Shown: piece by piece, positions 9,250-19,309 of the stretch
How positions within the stretch are numbered: position 1 is the stretch's first letter
Layout: the number at the start of each line of letters is the position of its first letter
NCBI GenBank assembly: GCA_964521215.1
Contig: CAZFRD010000003.1
Coordinates: 425 to 64,424, forward strand
DNA length: 64,000 bases
Source: an uncultured Pseudomonadales bacterium
GTDB taxonomy: Bacteria > Patescibacteriota > Microgenomatia > UBA1400 > PJMF01
Direction of reading: 5' to 3'
Program-made: the position numbers and the translations under genes
Notes under the pieces: generated by a model
The model's input: the letters and a program-made list of their open reading frames with translations, nothing else
Database searches by the model: none
What the model was told of the DNA's origin: nothing

Positions 9250-9294
9250 ATTATTAACCCAAAATGATTATCTAATATATGTGAATTCTGGTTT

Positions 9295-9371
9295 TGGTGA
9301 ACTTGAGAGGACTCGAACCTCTGACCTCCTCGATGTCAACGAGGCGCTCTAACCAACTGAGCTACAAGTTC
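9295..9371 (-). tRNA. tRNA-Val(GAC)
   Basis: GAACTTG..CAAGTTC-ACCA acceptor stem, anticodon arm CCTCG-TTGACAT-CGAGG, GGTTCGAGTCC. Confidence 0.97.
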
Positions 9372-9542
9372 AGGTTGCAACTGTTGCCACAAGTTCATGG
9401 CTACTTGCCAGGGCAGATTATACCAAGCATTTCCCCTCTCCACAAGCAAACCAAGAGTGATATAATGTCACACTTATGGTGAACGTGGTCCGTTCATCCA
9501 GTAATATTAGTAATGACTAGTTAGACCTAAGGTTTCGAAACA

Positions 9543-10088
9543 GTGAAACATAAGCCAGGTAAAAGATATCAAAGCCAAGCTGTCTTTGTCGTTGCTAATA
9601 ACCGAATTCGAACACCCCAAGTTAGGGTGATTGATGACCAAGGGACCATGCTAGGAGTAATGGCCACCCACGACGCCATGAACCAAGCATATGCGGAAGA
9701 TAAAGATCTGGTCATGGTCAATGACCAACAGCAGCCACCCATTGCTAAAATCATCGAACTAAATAAATATAAATATCAGTTACAACAAAAACAGGCAGCC
9801 AGTAGAAAAAAGGCCAAAGCACAAGATACAAAAGAAGTCAGATTCAGTCCATTTATGAGCGATGGCGACTTTGAATCAAAATTAAAAAAAGTCAAAGACT
9901 TCATTGAAGACGGCGATAAAGTAAAACTTTCGTTATTCTTCAAAGGCAGACAGATCACCAAAAAATCATTTGGAGACCAAATGATCGCCCGAGTGATTGA
10001 AGCCACAGCAGAAGACGCCGTAGTGGAAATAGCACCAAAATTAATTGGGAAAAAAATTATCGCTCAATTAATGCCAAAGAAAAAATAA
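9543..10088 (+). CDS. infC: translation initiation factor IF-3
   Basis: NNRIR..QVRVID, DLVMV, KEVRFSP and DGDKVK motifs; GTG start; precedes rpmI-rplT. Confidence 0.95.
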   Translation: MKHKPGKRYQSQAVFVVANNRIRTPQVRVIDDQGTMLGVMATHDAMNQAYAEDKDLVMVNDQQQPPIAKIIELNKYKYQLQQKQAASRKKAKAQDTKEVRFSPFMSDGDFESKLKKVKDFIEDGDKVKLSLFFKGRQITKKSFGDQMIARVIEATAEDAVVEIAPKLIGKKIIAQLMPKKK

Positions 10089-10093
10089 CAACT

Positions 10094-10297
10094 ATGAAAA
10101 AAACTAAAATAAAAACCCGCAAAGGGGTAGCGCATCGCTTCAAAATCACTGGTAGTGGTAAAGTTATGCGTCGCTCACAAAATATGCGTCACCTCAGACG
10201 CAAAAAAAGTAAGAAGGCCATTCGTGCCTACCGCATACCCATCGAAGTCACGGGCAAGTGGGCCATAAAAATCAAAAAAATGTTAGGAATAGGGTAA
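10094..10297 (+). CDS. rpmI: 50S ribosomal protein L35
   Basis: KIKTRKGVAHRFKITGSGKV and HLRRKKS; synteny. Confidence 0.95.
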   Translation: MKKTKIKTRKGVAHRFKITGSGKVMRRSQNMRHLRRKKSKKAIRAYRIPIEVTGKWAIKIKKMLGIG

Positions 10298-10301
10298 ACT
10301 T

Positions 10302-10655
10302 ATGCCAAGAACAAAAACTGGCGTCACTCGTCGCCACCGCCATAAAAAAGTTTTAGAATCCAACAAAGGTTTCCGTGGCGCCAATCGCCGGCTCTACAAA
10401 CGCGCTCACGAAGCGCTACTGCATGCTGGTCAATATGCCTACATCGGTCGCAAGTTGCGCAAGCGTGACTTCCGTAAACTTTGGATCACTCGTCTCTCAG
10501 CCGCTATCAAGGAAGTGAGCGCGGACCTCAACTACTCGCGAGTCATCAACTTGCTCAAAAAAGCCAATATTCAAATTAATCGCAAAATGCTTTCCGAAAT
10601 CGCTATTCGTGATTTTGAAACATTTAAACGCATCATTACCCAGGCGAGGGGATAA
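10302..10655 (+). CDS. rplT: 50S ribosomal protein L20
   Basis: RKRDFRKLWITRL and INRKMLSEIA motifs. Confidence 0.97.
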   Translation: MPRTKTGVTRRHRHKKVLESNKGFRGANRRLYKRAHEALLHAGQYAYIGRKLRKRDFRKLWITRLSAAIKEVSADLNYSRVINLLKKANIQINRKMLSEIAIRDFETFKRIITQARG

Positions 10656-10680
10656 GGTTATCTAGCAAAAAATCATTAGC

Positions 10681-10724
10681 AAAGAACCCATCCAGACCCT
10701 CGCGGGGGTCCGGATGTGTTCTTT
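10681..10724 (+). terminator. hairpin after rplT, probable terminator
   Basis: Imperfect inverted repeat AAAGAACCCATCCAGACCC / GGGTCCGGATGTGTTCTTT. Confidence 0.55.
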
Positions 10725-10750
10725 CATGCTGTACAATTAAAAGCACCATT

Positions 10751-11845
10751 ATGTCTACCGCATTAACAAATTTTATCAATCAAGCTCAACTGCTTACTAT
10801 GGAGCTGGAAAAAACTACCTCGCTGACCAGAGAGCAACTCACCAATGAGTACCTGGGTAAGAAAGGCAAATTTACTCTTTTGTCTGGAGAATTAGCTAAG
10901 CTGTCGGTCACCGAACGTGCTGAGGCGGGCAAAGTTCTCAACCAGCTCAAAACCCAAATTCAACAAAAAATTGAACAAGCGACGGCTACTCCCACTGAGC
11001 TTTGGGTCGATCTAACCGCTCCAGGCCTCAAACCACCAATTGGCCATCTTCACCCCGTCAGCCAAGCCATTGAGGAAATCTCAGATATTTTCGCTCGTAT
11101 TGGCTTCATTCGCGTTCGTTACCCCGAAGTTGATTGGGATTGGTACGTGTTTGAAAGTCTAAACATGCCTCCCAATCACCCCGCTCGTGATGAGTGGGAA
11201 ACTTTTTTCATTGATACTCCAGACACTTCTCAAGCTGTGGCTTATGACCCCAACCAACCCCGACTCCGTCACCCCAGCTTGATTGGAGGCAAACAAGTGC
11301 TCACGACTCATACCTCAAATGGCCAAGTTAGGGAGATGGAAAGATTGCACAGCCAACCACCAATTCGCATGATCAATATCGCTCGTTGCTACCGCAGACA
11401 ACAAGACGCCACTCATACTCAGATGTTCCACCAATTTGAAGGTTTGGTGGTGGATACCAACATTAATATTCAGCATCTAAAGGGAACGCTAGAATACTTT
11501 GCCCATGAATTTTACGGTCCAGATGTAAAAAGTCGCATTCGACCTTTTCACTTTCGTTTCACCGAGCCATCATTTGAAGTCGATTTTTCCTGCCATATTT
11601 GTCATGGTACAGGAAAAATCGCCGGCGAAAAATGTAAACTCTGCAAATCTGGTTGGCATGAAGTGGGTGGCGCTGGCATGGTCCACCCCAATGTCCTCAG
11701 GGCGGGAGGCATTGACCCAGATAAATATACCGGGTTTGCCTTCGGTTGGGGGGTGGAGCGCACTTATACCCTCAAGCCTAATCTCAATTTAGATGATATT
11801 AGATTATTGTATTCGGCTGACTTACGCTTCTTGTCACAATTTTAA
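10751..11845 (+). CDS. pheS: phenylalanine-tRNA ligase alpha subunit
   Basis: GHLHP, HPARD, THTS, FHQFEG, FTEPS and GFAFGWGVER; CxxC..CxxC insertion. Confidence 0.97.
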   Translation: MSTALTNFINQAQLLTMELEKTTSLTREQLTNEYLGKKGKFTLLSGELAKLSVTERAEAGKVLNQLKTQIQQKIEQATATPTELWVDLTAPGLKPPIGHLHPVSQAIEEISDIFARIGFIRVRYPEVDWDWYVFESLNMPPNHPARDEWETFFIDTPDTSQAVAYDPNQPRLRHPSLIGGKQVLTTHTSNGQVREMERLHSQPPIRMINIARCYRRQQDATHTQMFHQFEGLVVDTNINIQHLKGTLEYFAHEFYGPDVKSRIRPFHFRFTEPSFEVDFSCHICHGTGKIAGEKCKLCKSGWHEVGGAGMVHPNVLRAGGIDPDKYTGFAFGWGVERTYTLKPNLNLDDIRLLYSADLRFLSQF

Positions 11846-11847
11846 AT

Positions 11848-13875
11848 ATGAACATTCTCATACCTCATTCCTGGTTGCTCGATCATCTGGACACGGACGC
11901 CACTCCACAAGAAATTCAATCATGTTTGTCGTTAGCAGGACCTTCGGTGGAACGACTGATAGAAAAATCTGGAGAAATCATTTACGACATCGAGGTGACC
12001 ACCAACCGCCCAGACTCACTCTCGGTCAGGGGGATCGCTCGCGAAGCCGCGGTCATCCTCAAGCAATTTGGCAAATCCGCTACTCTGCGACCCCTCACGC
12101 TCCAACCACCTCTGCCCACCCAGCCGACACTCAGCCTACCCAAAATTAACAATAATTCTTCATTAAACGGTCGAGTTATCTGCATCGTGTTGGCAAATAT
12201 CAAACAAACTCCCACTCCTGATTGGATGGAACATCGGTTACAACTAATCGACTTCAATATTCATAACAGTGCCATCGATATTACTAACTATGTCACGCAT
12301 GACCTCGGTCACCCTTGCCATGCTTTTGATTATGATAAATTGATGGCCAAGGGCGGGGAGATCAACATTGTTGAAGCCGAAGCCAATGAAACCTTCGTGA
12401 CGCTGGATGATTTACCTTTCACCACCGCTGGGGGAGAAGTGGTTTTCAAAAATAGCCAGGGCGAAATTATCGATCTACCTTCAATCAAAGGCACCGCCAA
12501 TTCTTCCACCGACGAACAAACTCAAAATATTTTGCTGTTGATGGAATCTATTCGCCCAGAAAAAGTGCGGTTTGCCAGCATGACTCACAATATCCGTACC
12601 GTGGCCGCTCAACTGATGGAAAAGTCGGTTGACCCCAACTTAGCTCAGGATGTGCTTTTCCAAGCTTGCCAACATTATCAAAGCTTGTGTCAGGCTCAGA
12701 TCGCGAGTGAAATCTATGACGATTTTCCGGCTCAAACCAGTCCAGAGCCAATGCTTTTTCCGCTCAGCGTGATAGAAAGATATTTGGGTATTCAAATTGC
12801 CGAACCAACAGTGAAAAACATGCTGGTGGAACTTGGTTGCACCGTTACATCGCAAGACAATTCCTCTCTGCAGATCACGCCACCCACTTACCGTGCTGAT
12901 TTAGCCACGCCAGTCGACTTGGTTGAGGAGGTAGCCCGAATTTATGGGTATCAAAATATTCCCAGCCAACTGATGGCTTCTGCCTTGCCACTTAATCGAC
13001 CAACCAACCAGCATTTTAATCTCGAAAAGAAACTCAAAACGCTCTTCGCTAGTTTGGGTTGGCAGGAAATGTACACCTATTCTTTAGTCAGCGAACAACT
13101 GGCCAGAGATTCTGGTTACCCACTAGAGTCACACCTGCATTTGCAGAACCCACTGAGTGATGACCGCGTTTATTTGCGTCGCTCACTGATACCATCTCTG
13201 GTTGAAGCACTCAACTCCAATCCGCTTCAATCCCAACTCTCAGTTTTTGAAATTGCCTCCGTCTACCATCCCAATCCCCAAGACCTACCCAAAGAGGAAC
13301 TGCGCTTATCCTTGGCGAGTCGCTCATCTTACCGAGAGGTCAGGGGCATGATTGAGGTGATGTGGGAAAAACTTTTCCTTTCTCAAGAGATGCTCAAATT
13401 TATTGCGATAAGTCAAGATTTTACTCAAGGTGAGCCAATTAGCAGTCCAAGCGGTACTCTGCTAATTGGCCAGATTGAATACCAAACACCCAATCAAGCA
13501 CACCCACTTGGTTCGGTTTTTATCCTTCAATCAAACGTGGTGGTCGTCGACTTAGACTTAAACTCAGTTTTTGCCTTGGCTCAAACTCATCCCCAATACC
13601 AACCAATTGCCAAAACCAACCCGTTGATTGAAGATCTCACTTTCACTCTACCAGCCAAAACTCCCATTGGAGAAGTGATCGCCATGATGAAGGCTGAGGT
13701 GGCAGAAATTTCAAAAGTTGAACTAAAAAATAGCTTTCAGCGCAATGCCACCTTTACTCTTTGGTATTTTGACCCAATCACTAACATGTCAAGCGAACGA
13801 GTGGAACCTTTACGACAAAAATTAGTATCTGCCGTAGAAAAAAAATGGCAAGCAACTTTGGTCGGTTCAATCTAA
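11848..13875 (+). CDS. pheT: phenylalanine-tRNA ligase beta subunit (no B2 OB-fold domain)
   Basis: EVTTNRPD, DITNYV, PTYRADL..DLVEEVARIYGY and NPLS..LRRSL motifs. Confidence 0.95.
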   Translation: MNILIPHSWLLDHLDTDATPQEIQSCLSLAGPSVERLIEKSGEIIYDIEVTTNRPDSLSVRGIAREAAVILKQFGKSATLRPLTLQPPLPTQPTLSLPKINNNSSLNGRVICIVLANIKQTPTPDWMEHRLQLIDFNIHNSAIDITNYVTHDLGHPCHAFDYDKLMAKGGEINIVEAEANETFVTLDDLPFTTAGGEVVFKNSQGEIIDLPSIKGTANSSTDEQTQNILLLMESIRPEKVRFASMTHNIRTVAAQLMEKSVDPNLAQDVLFQACQHYQSLCQAQIASEIYDDFPAQTSPEPMLFPLSVIERYLGIQIAEPTVKNMLVELGCTVTSQDNSSLQITPPTYRADLATPVDLVEEVARIYGYQNIPSQLMASALPLNRPTNQHFNLEKKLKTLFASLGWQEMYTYSLVSEQLARDSGYPLESHLHLQNPLSDDRVYLRRSLIPSLVEALNSNPLQSQLSVFEIASVYHPNPQDLPKEELRLSLASRSSYREVRGMIEVMWEKLFLSQEMLKFIAISQDFTQGEPISSPSGTLLIGQIEYQTPNQAHPLGSVFILQSNVVVVDLDLNSVFALAQTHPQYQPIAKTNPLIEDLTFTLPAKTPIGEVIAMMKAEVAEISKVELKNSFQRNATFTLWYFDPITNMSSERVEPLRQKLVSAVEKKWQATLVGSI

Positions 13876-15194
13876 CATCTTTCAAGCATCAACTGTTGGG
13901 CTTAACTTTTGTTTGGCTGATTTTCTTACTGCCAACCAATCTATTTCTATCTTTCAATCAAGATAATGCTTATGTCACTGGTATGTTTAGTGACTACTTA
14001 GTGCTAAAACTTTACCTCTCTGAAATTTTTTTATGGTTATTCACTCTCGGCATCCTTATTTTTACCAGAAAACAGTTTGTGGCTTGGTTAACCAAAACTA
14101 TGGTGCCAGTGATACTACGCATATCACATAAAAAAATATTACTGATCATTCTCATATCACTGCTTCTGAGACAAGTGGGGAGTCAGTCACCAGTTATTGG
14201 TATCTGGAGCTTTTTCCAGTGGCTGGAAGTGGGTTGGCTGATTATCACCACCAGCTTCCTTTACTCACTCAGTCCCACTCGATTCGTTAAGTTGCTACTT
14301 CTGGGTTTGGCGAGCACCATTATTTTTCAATCTGCCATTGGTAGCTATCAGTTTTACTGGCAAAAATCGCTCGTCGGTTATGTACTGCTTGGTGAACCAA
14401 ACTTAAGTACAGCTCTCAACCTCAGTCGCCAAACCTTGAGTTTGGGTAGAGAAATGGTGTTACCTTATGGCACCACCGCCCATCCCAACGTGTTGGGAGG
14501 CTATCTGGCCGTTTATGCCACGTTAATCTTTGGTCTTTTCAGTTTAGTAAGGTCAAACATTCAAAAAAAATTACTCTTAATCCCCGTCAGCCTCGCCTGC
14601 CTGTCATTACTAACTACTCACTCGATCACAGCCATACTCATCGCAATGATTGGCATTAGTTTCGCTTTGGGGATAAATTTAACCAAGTTCACCAACCGAC
14701 TACGTCAAACTCACTGCCAAAAATATTGGGCGATTGGATTAGTCCTGCTACTAGTGGTTGGTCTACCACTGCTATTAAATTTTGCTAATTTATGGTTTCC
14801 AGACTCTAGCTCAGTTTCTAGAAGAGTTTGGCTGCACCAAGCTAGTTTTAACATGACGCTTCGTCATCCGATTTTCGGCGTCGGGTTAGGCCAATTTGTC
14901 ACTCAACTGACAAAATTTACCGAAAACCCCGATGTTTGGAGATTTCTTCAGCCAGTCCACACCTCAATTTGGTTGTTCTTGAGTGAAACAGGTTTGCTTG
15001 GTGTTTTACTGATTTACCTGCTTTGGCAGAGTCTCAACCCTGCTCAAAAAAATAGCGTGCTGATCACCAGCACTTTATTGATTGCACCACTTGGTTTGGA
15101 CCATTATTTGGGAAGTCTTCAACCCGGCCGGTGGTTATGGGCAGTGATGCTCATCGGGTTATATCTCGTGCTCAAAAAGCCAACTAAGTTTTGA
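13845..15194 (+). CDS. O-antigen ligase / Wzy_C family membrane protein
   Basis: Multi-pass membrane protein; YGTTAHPNVLGG, HPIFGVGLGQF and QPVH..LSETGLLG motifs. Confidence 0.8.
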   Translation: MASNFGRFNLTSFKHQLLGLTFVWLIFLLPTNLFLSFNQDNAYVTGMFSDYLVLKLYLSEIFLWLFTLGILIFTRKQFVAWLTKTMVPVILRISHKKILLIILISLLLRQVGSQSPVIGIWSFFQWLEVGWLIITTSFLYSLSPTRFVKLLLLGLASTIIFQSAIGSYQFYWQKSLVGYVLLGEPNLSTALNLSRQTLSLGREMVLPYGTTAHPNVLGGYLAVYATLIFGLFSLVRSNIQKKLLLIPVSLACLSLLTTHSITAILIAMIGISFALGINLTKFTNRLRQTHCQKYWAIGLVLLLVVGLPLLLNFANLWFPDSSSVSRRVWLHQASFNMTLRHPIFGVGLGQFVTQLTKFTENPDVWRFLQPVHTSIWLFLSETGLLGVLLIYLLWQSLNPAQKNSVLITSTLLIAPLGLDHYLGSLQPGRWLWAVMLIGLYLVLKKPTKF

Positions 15195-17931
15195 TCTTGG
15201 GAGTCGGTACTAGTGTGACAACTGGTTCCAACGTGGGAATCACGATTGGTGTTGGCGAAGGGACTGCAGTGGGAGCCACCACTGTGGTGGGAGATGGAGT
15301 GGGGGAGGGAACCTGCCAATCCTCACCGCCAGTACCAATTTTCTTTTTCTCACTCTCTTTGGTTTTTCCATCTCTGGCGTAAGCTTTGACCCAAACAGTG
15401 TATCGGCCTTTTTTCAAATTAATGGTACCCCGATATTCCCGATTCTCTACCGTTTCTATCACCTTATCATCGGCAATGATTTCTATTTTCTCAATCCCTG
15501 CTCCCGAGTCGGCTTTAACAATAAATTCAATGTTCTCCGTGTCATATTTTTTCTCATTTTCTGGTCTTTCCATGATCACCGACAAATCAGATCTGTCGCC
15601 ACAGTATTCGGTTGGAGGTTTATAAAAATCAGTCGTCTGAGGTGCTACCCAAGCGTCGATCGCTTGTTGCCACCGATTAACACCGTCTTGACTATAGGGA
15701 TCTGCCTCTGCCAAACGCACAAATTCTCGCTCATCAAAATCACCAGAAACAACTTGAGCATCAGTCGCCAATTTGTTTTGCCCTTTACATAATTTTAACT
15801 TCAAATGAATTGGGTCGGGGGAACTGGGCAGTAAACCTTTGATAGCGATTTCTGATTTAACCGGAAATTCATCATGAGCTGGGTAGCCAGAGACAGCATC
15901 CACCGAAACCGTCTCGATGCCAGCGGGCACTTCCCATGCTGGGGCAGAGTAGCCATTTTTGAGCGCATATTGGATTAGACGTTGCCAAATTGGGGTTGCA
16001 CCAGAGATACCAGAGGCCACTGTTTTCATAGCGCTGTTATCGTTGTTACCAACCCAAGCACCGATCATCACTTCTCGACTCCAACCGATAGCCCAGTTAT
16101 CTCTTTGGTCGTTGGTTGTACCAGTCTTCACCGCTACATTGGGGCTAACATTGAGTTTGGAATTGGCCCCAAACGCCAACGAGCGGGCAGAGTCATCGGA
16201 TAAGATGTGATTAATGACGTACGACTCCTCTGGCGTCATCACTTCCTCACCTTTGACGGCTCGGTGTTCGTACAAGACTGAACCATTTTTATCGACCACT
16301 TTCATGATCGCCACTGGGTCAACTCGATACCCGCCATTAGCAAATGAACTAAAAGAGCTGGCGGTATCAATCAAATGCACCTCGCCACCGCCCAGAGCCA
16401 CCGACAAACCCAAACGTTGTAAATTTTCTGCAGTCGGCTCCAGCGTACCAAAACCCATTGAGTAAGCATGGGTAAGGAAAGTTTCCAAACCTACTTTGGC
16501 CAAGCCTTTCACAGCTGGTACGTTGAGCGAACTGCCCAAACTATTTCGCAAACTGACTGGACCTCTAAATTTGCCATCATAATTTTTGGGTTGATAGGGT
16601 TTTTCGTTTTCGTTCCGTTGAAAAGTTGTTTCAACATCAATCATCATTGAGGCAGGAGTGTAACCCAATCTAAGCAAAGTTAAATACACCACTGGCTTGA
16701 TCGAACTGCCTGGCTGACGTAAACCATCAACCACCACGTTAAATTGGCCATCAATTTCTTCGTCATTAAAATTGCGACTACCCACCATTGTGAGAATTTC
16801 TCCCGTATTGGGGTTCATCACTAAGGCAGCGCCGTTAGTAATATTCAGTTGGGTTACCTTTTCAATTTCTTCACTAATAATTGCTTGGGCTTCATCCTGG
16901 AGAGTCAAATCCAAGCTGGTGGTGACCTGCAGGCCACCACTTTGGACTAATTCTGGACCGTACATATCTTCAAGTTGGCTCAGTACGTAAAATACAAAGT
17001 GGGGTGCCGACATGGTATTACGTTTGCCTTCAAAAGTGATTGTTTCTAGCTGAGACAGCGCATCTTCGTAGGCAAGGGGAGTAATGTAGTTATCTTCGCT
17101 CATTCGTCTCAACACACCTTTAGTCCGTTCTTTCCAGAGTGGCTCACCATTGTCATCCGTCTTACCCGCGAGGGGAGAGTAGGCAGTGGGTCTCTGCGGT
17201 AAACCAGCCAAAATGGCAGATTCAACCAAATTTAGATCTCGCACTGTTTTACCAAAATAATACTCAGCGGCTGCACCCACTCCATAAGCTGTACCACCAT
17301 AAGGCACTTCGTTCAGATACATTTCTAAGATTTGATCTTTTGAAAATCGCTGCTCTATGAGCAAAGAAAGCACCACCTGTTTGAGCTTGCGCGTAATTGT
17401 TCGCTCGTCACTCAAGAGTGCTTTTTTCACTAATTGTTGAGTTAGGGTAGACCCACCGACAATTCTCCCTTGCGTAATTAAATAGTAAGGAGTCCGTACA
17501 AAAACCAACAGGTCAATGCCTTGATGCTGATAGAATTCTTTGTCCTCAATTGCAATTGAGGCATCCCTCAATGTTTGGGGAATATCTGATAGTGGCACGA
17601 AGGTACGATTTTCGTCAGAAAAGACATCGTCGAGAAGTTTGCCGTTGCGATCAAGAATTTTGGTGCTAAAACCAGACCGACTAATAACTTCTCCAGATTT
17701 GGGCAAATCTTTGGCGTAGAAGGCAAGCATCACCAGAAAAACCACAATCCCCAAGATCACCAAAATTAACGAGGTGAGTGCCCCATAGCGGAAAATTTTC
17801 ATCCACACTAGCCGACGTTTTTCTTGCGATAGTTGCCTAAATCTTCTTCTTGAATGAGCTCCCAAACCTAGCCGATGCTTAAGTGAGTACCACCTACGCA
17901 AAAACAATTGTTTTAATTTTTCTAGCAACAT
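15184..17931 (-). CDS. class A penicillin-binding protein (PBP1A family) with Ig-like domain and Pro/Thr tail
   Basis: Transglycosylase EDKEFYQHQG, GGSTLTQQLVK, RKLKQ; transpeptidase RQPGSSIKP, SLN, KTGTT; start placed at 17931. Confidence 0.93.
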   Translation of the reverse strand: MLLEKLKQLFLRRWYSLKHRLGLGAHSRRRFRQLSQEKRRLVWMKIFRYGALTSLILVILGIVVFLVMLAFYAKDLPKSGEVISRSGFSTKILDRNGKLLDDVFSDENRTFVPLSDIPQTLRDASIAIEDKEFYQHQGIDLLVFVRTPYYLITQGRIVGGSTLTQQLVKKALLSDERTITRKLKQVVLSLLIEQRFSKDQILEMYLNEVPYGGTAYGVGAAAEYYFGKTVRDLNLVESAILAGLPQRPTAYSPLAGKTDDNGEPLWKERTKGVLRRMSEDNYITPLAYEDALSQLETITFEGKRNTMSAPHFVFYVLSQLEDMYGPELVQSGGLQVTTSLDLTLQDEAQAIISEEIEKVTQLNITNGAALVMNPNTGEILTMVGSRNFNDEEIDGQFNVVVDGLRQPGSSIKPVVYLTLLRLGYTPASMMIDVETTFQRNENEKPYQPKNYDGKFRGPVSLRNSLGSSLNVPAVKGLAKVGLETFLTHAYSMGFGTLEPTAENLQRLGLSVALGGGEVHLIDTASSFSSFANGGYRVDPVAIMKVVDKNGSVLYEHRAVKGEEVMTPEESYVINHILSDDSARSLAFGANSKLNVSPNVAVKTGTTNDQRDNWAIGWSREVMIGAWVGNNDNSAMKTVASGISGATPIWQRLIQYALKNGYSAPAWEVPAGIETVSVDAVSGYPAHDEFPVKSEIAIKGLLPSSPDPIHLKLKLCKGQNKLATDAQVVSGDFDEREFVRLAEADPYSQDGVNRWQQAIDAWVAPQTTDFYKPPTEYCGDRSDLSVIMERPENEKKYDTENIEFIVKADSGAGIEKIEIIADDKVIETVENREYRGTINLKKGRYTVWVKAYARDGKTKESEKKKIGTGGEDWQVPSPTPSPTTVVAPTAVPSPTPIVIPTLEPVVTLVPTPKIKT

Positions 17932-17967
17932 TGTTCTATTGTATAGCATCCATGCTACAATTATTCA
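17932..17967. promoter_or_regulatory. back-to-back -10 elements serving PBP1A and tyrS
   Basis: ATTGTATAGCATCCATGCTACAAT gives TACAAT on both strands, each 6 nt from an ATG. Confidence 0.6.
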
Positions 17968-19170
17968 ATGTCCACTCGAGAACTAATTACTGATCAACAG
18001 CGCATCACCGAAGTGTTAACTCGAGGAGTTGAGCAAGTTCTACCGTCGGTCGAAACTCTCACCCGCGTGATGTCCGAGCGACGCATTCGTCTATACTTGG
18101 GGATTGATCCCACTGGTTCCGAACTCACCCTTGGTCACAGCGTGGTGCTCCGCAAATTGCAACAATTTGCGGATCTAGGACATGAGGTGATTTTACTGAT
18201 CGGCAATGGCACAGTCAAAATAGGTGATCCGACCGGCCGAGACTCGACTCGGCCCGAATTAAGTGATGAACAGATCATGGCTAACTTTGCCCAATGGCAA
18301 CAACAGGCGAGCAAGGTGCTTAATTTTGAAATCATCGAGATTCGAAAAAATGGCGACTGGCTTAATCAATTAAACTATATTGAAATCATCAAATTACTCG
18401 CCAACACCACGGTGCAACAATTAATGGAGCGTGATATGTTTCAAAAACGACTTGAAGCTGGTCTACCTATCTTCGGTCATGAAATAATCTATCCGCTGAT
18501 TCAAGGCTATGACAGCGTGGTAATGGACGTAGATTTGGAGCTTGGTGGTTCCGATCAGCTTTTCAATATGATGATGGGGAGAAGTTTGCAGAAGTCCTAT
18601 CACAACAAAGAAAAATGGGTGCTGACTACCCCGATTATCAATGGAACTGACGGTCGTAAAATGAGCAAATCTTTTCATAATTATATTGCGCTCACCGAAC
18701 CGGCCAATAGTATGTATGGCAAAACCATGAGCATTCCCGACGACCAGGTGGTGCCTTACTTCACTGTGCTCACCAATGTCTCTCTAGATGAAATTGCTCA
18801 AATCCAACAGAAAATCCAGGCTGGCGACAATCCCATGCAGTTCAAAAAACAACTGGCTTGGGCCATCACTGAGTTATACCATGGCGCCACGGCTGCAGAC
18901 CAAGCCCAGAGCTACTTCGAGCGGGTAGTCCAGCAACAGACAGCTCCCGAGGATATTCCAACAGTTAGTTTGAATAGTCAATCGTTGACGGCGCTGGATC
19001 TAGTGGGTGTTTGTTGTCCAGAAATGAGCCGTAGTGAGCGACGGCGGTTAATCGAACAGGGAGGCGTAAAACTCAATGAGCAAAAACTGACAGAACCATT
19101 GGTGAGCGCGCAATATCAAGCGGGTGATGTTTTAAAAATTGGTAAAAGAGGTTATTTTAAATTGCAATAG
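17968..19170 (+). CDS. tyrS: tyrosine-tRNA ligase
   Basis: GIDPTG..LTLGH (HIGH-like), YPLIQGYD, GGSDQ, KMSKS and C-terminal S4 domain. Confidence 0.97.
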   Translation: MSTRELITDQQRITEVLTRGVEQVLPSVETLTRVMSERRIRLYLGIDPTGSELTLGHSVVLRKLQQFADLGHEVILLIGNGTVKIGDPTGRDSTRPELSDEQIMANFAQWQQQASKVLNFEIIEIRKNGDWLNQLNYIEIIKLLANTTVQQLMERDMFQKRLEAGLPIFGHEIIYPLIQGYDSVVMDVDLELGGSDQLFNMMMGRSLQKSYHNKEKWVLTTPIINGTDGRKMSKSFHNYIALTEPANSMYGKTMSIPDDQVVPYFTVLTNVSLDEIAQIQQKIQAGDNPMQFKKQLAWAITELYHGATAADQAQSYFERVVQQQTAPEDIPTVSLNSQSLTALDLVGVCCPEMSRSERRRLIEQGGVKLNEQKLTEPLVSAQYQAGDVLKIGKRGYFKLQ

Positions 19171-19180
19171 AAAGATCACT

Positions 19181-19285
19181 ATGACAAAAAAAAGACGAGA
19201 GAGAATTATCCAAATCTTTGCACTACTAGCAATTATCGCCATGGTGGCCAGTCTTCTAGGCAGTAGTTTACTGGCGTTGATTTAA
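19181..19285 (+). CDS. small single-pass membrane protein (34 aa, DUF4044-like layout), not in ORF track
   Basis: MTKKRRERIIQIFALLAIIAMVASLLGSSLLALI; fills the tyrS-recG gap. Confidence 0.6.
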   Translation: MTKKRRERIIQIFALLAIIAMVASLLGSSLLALI

Positions 19286-19309
19286 CCCAGTTCATGATAG
19301 GATGATGCC

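Noticed and set aside
9294-9482. 62 aa ORF (and 52615-52841 ORFs)
   Set aside because: These are translations of tRNA genes
9500-9545. ATT-type autoregulatory start for infC
   Set aside because: An in-frame TAA at 9528 closes the frame and no ATT lies between it and the GTG at 9543
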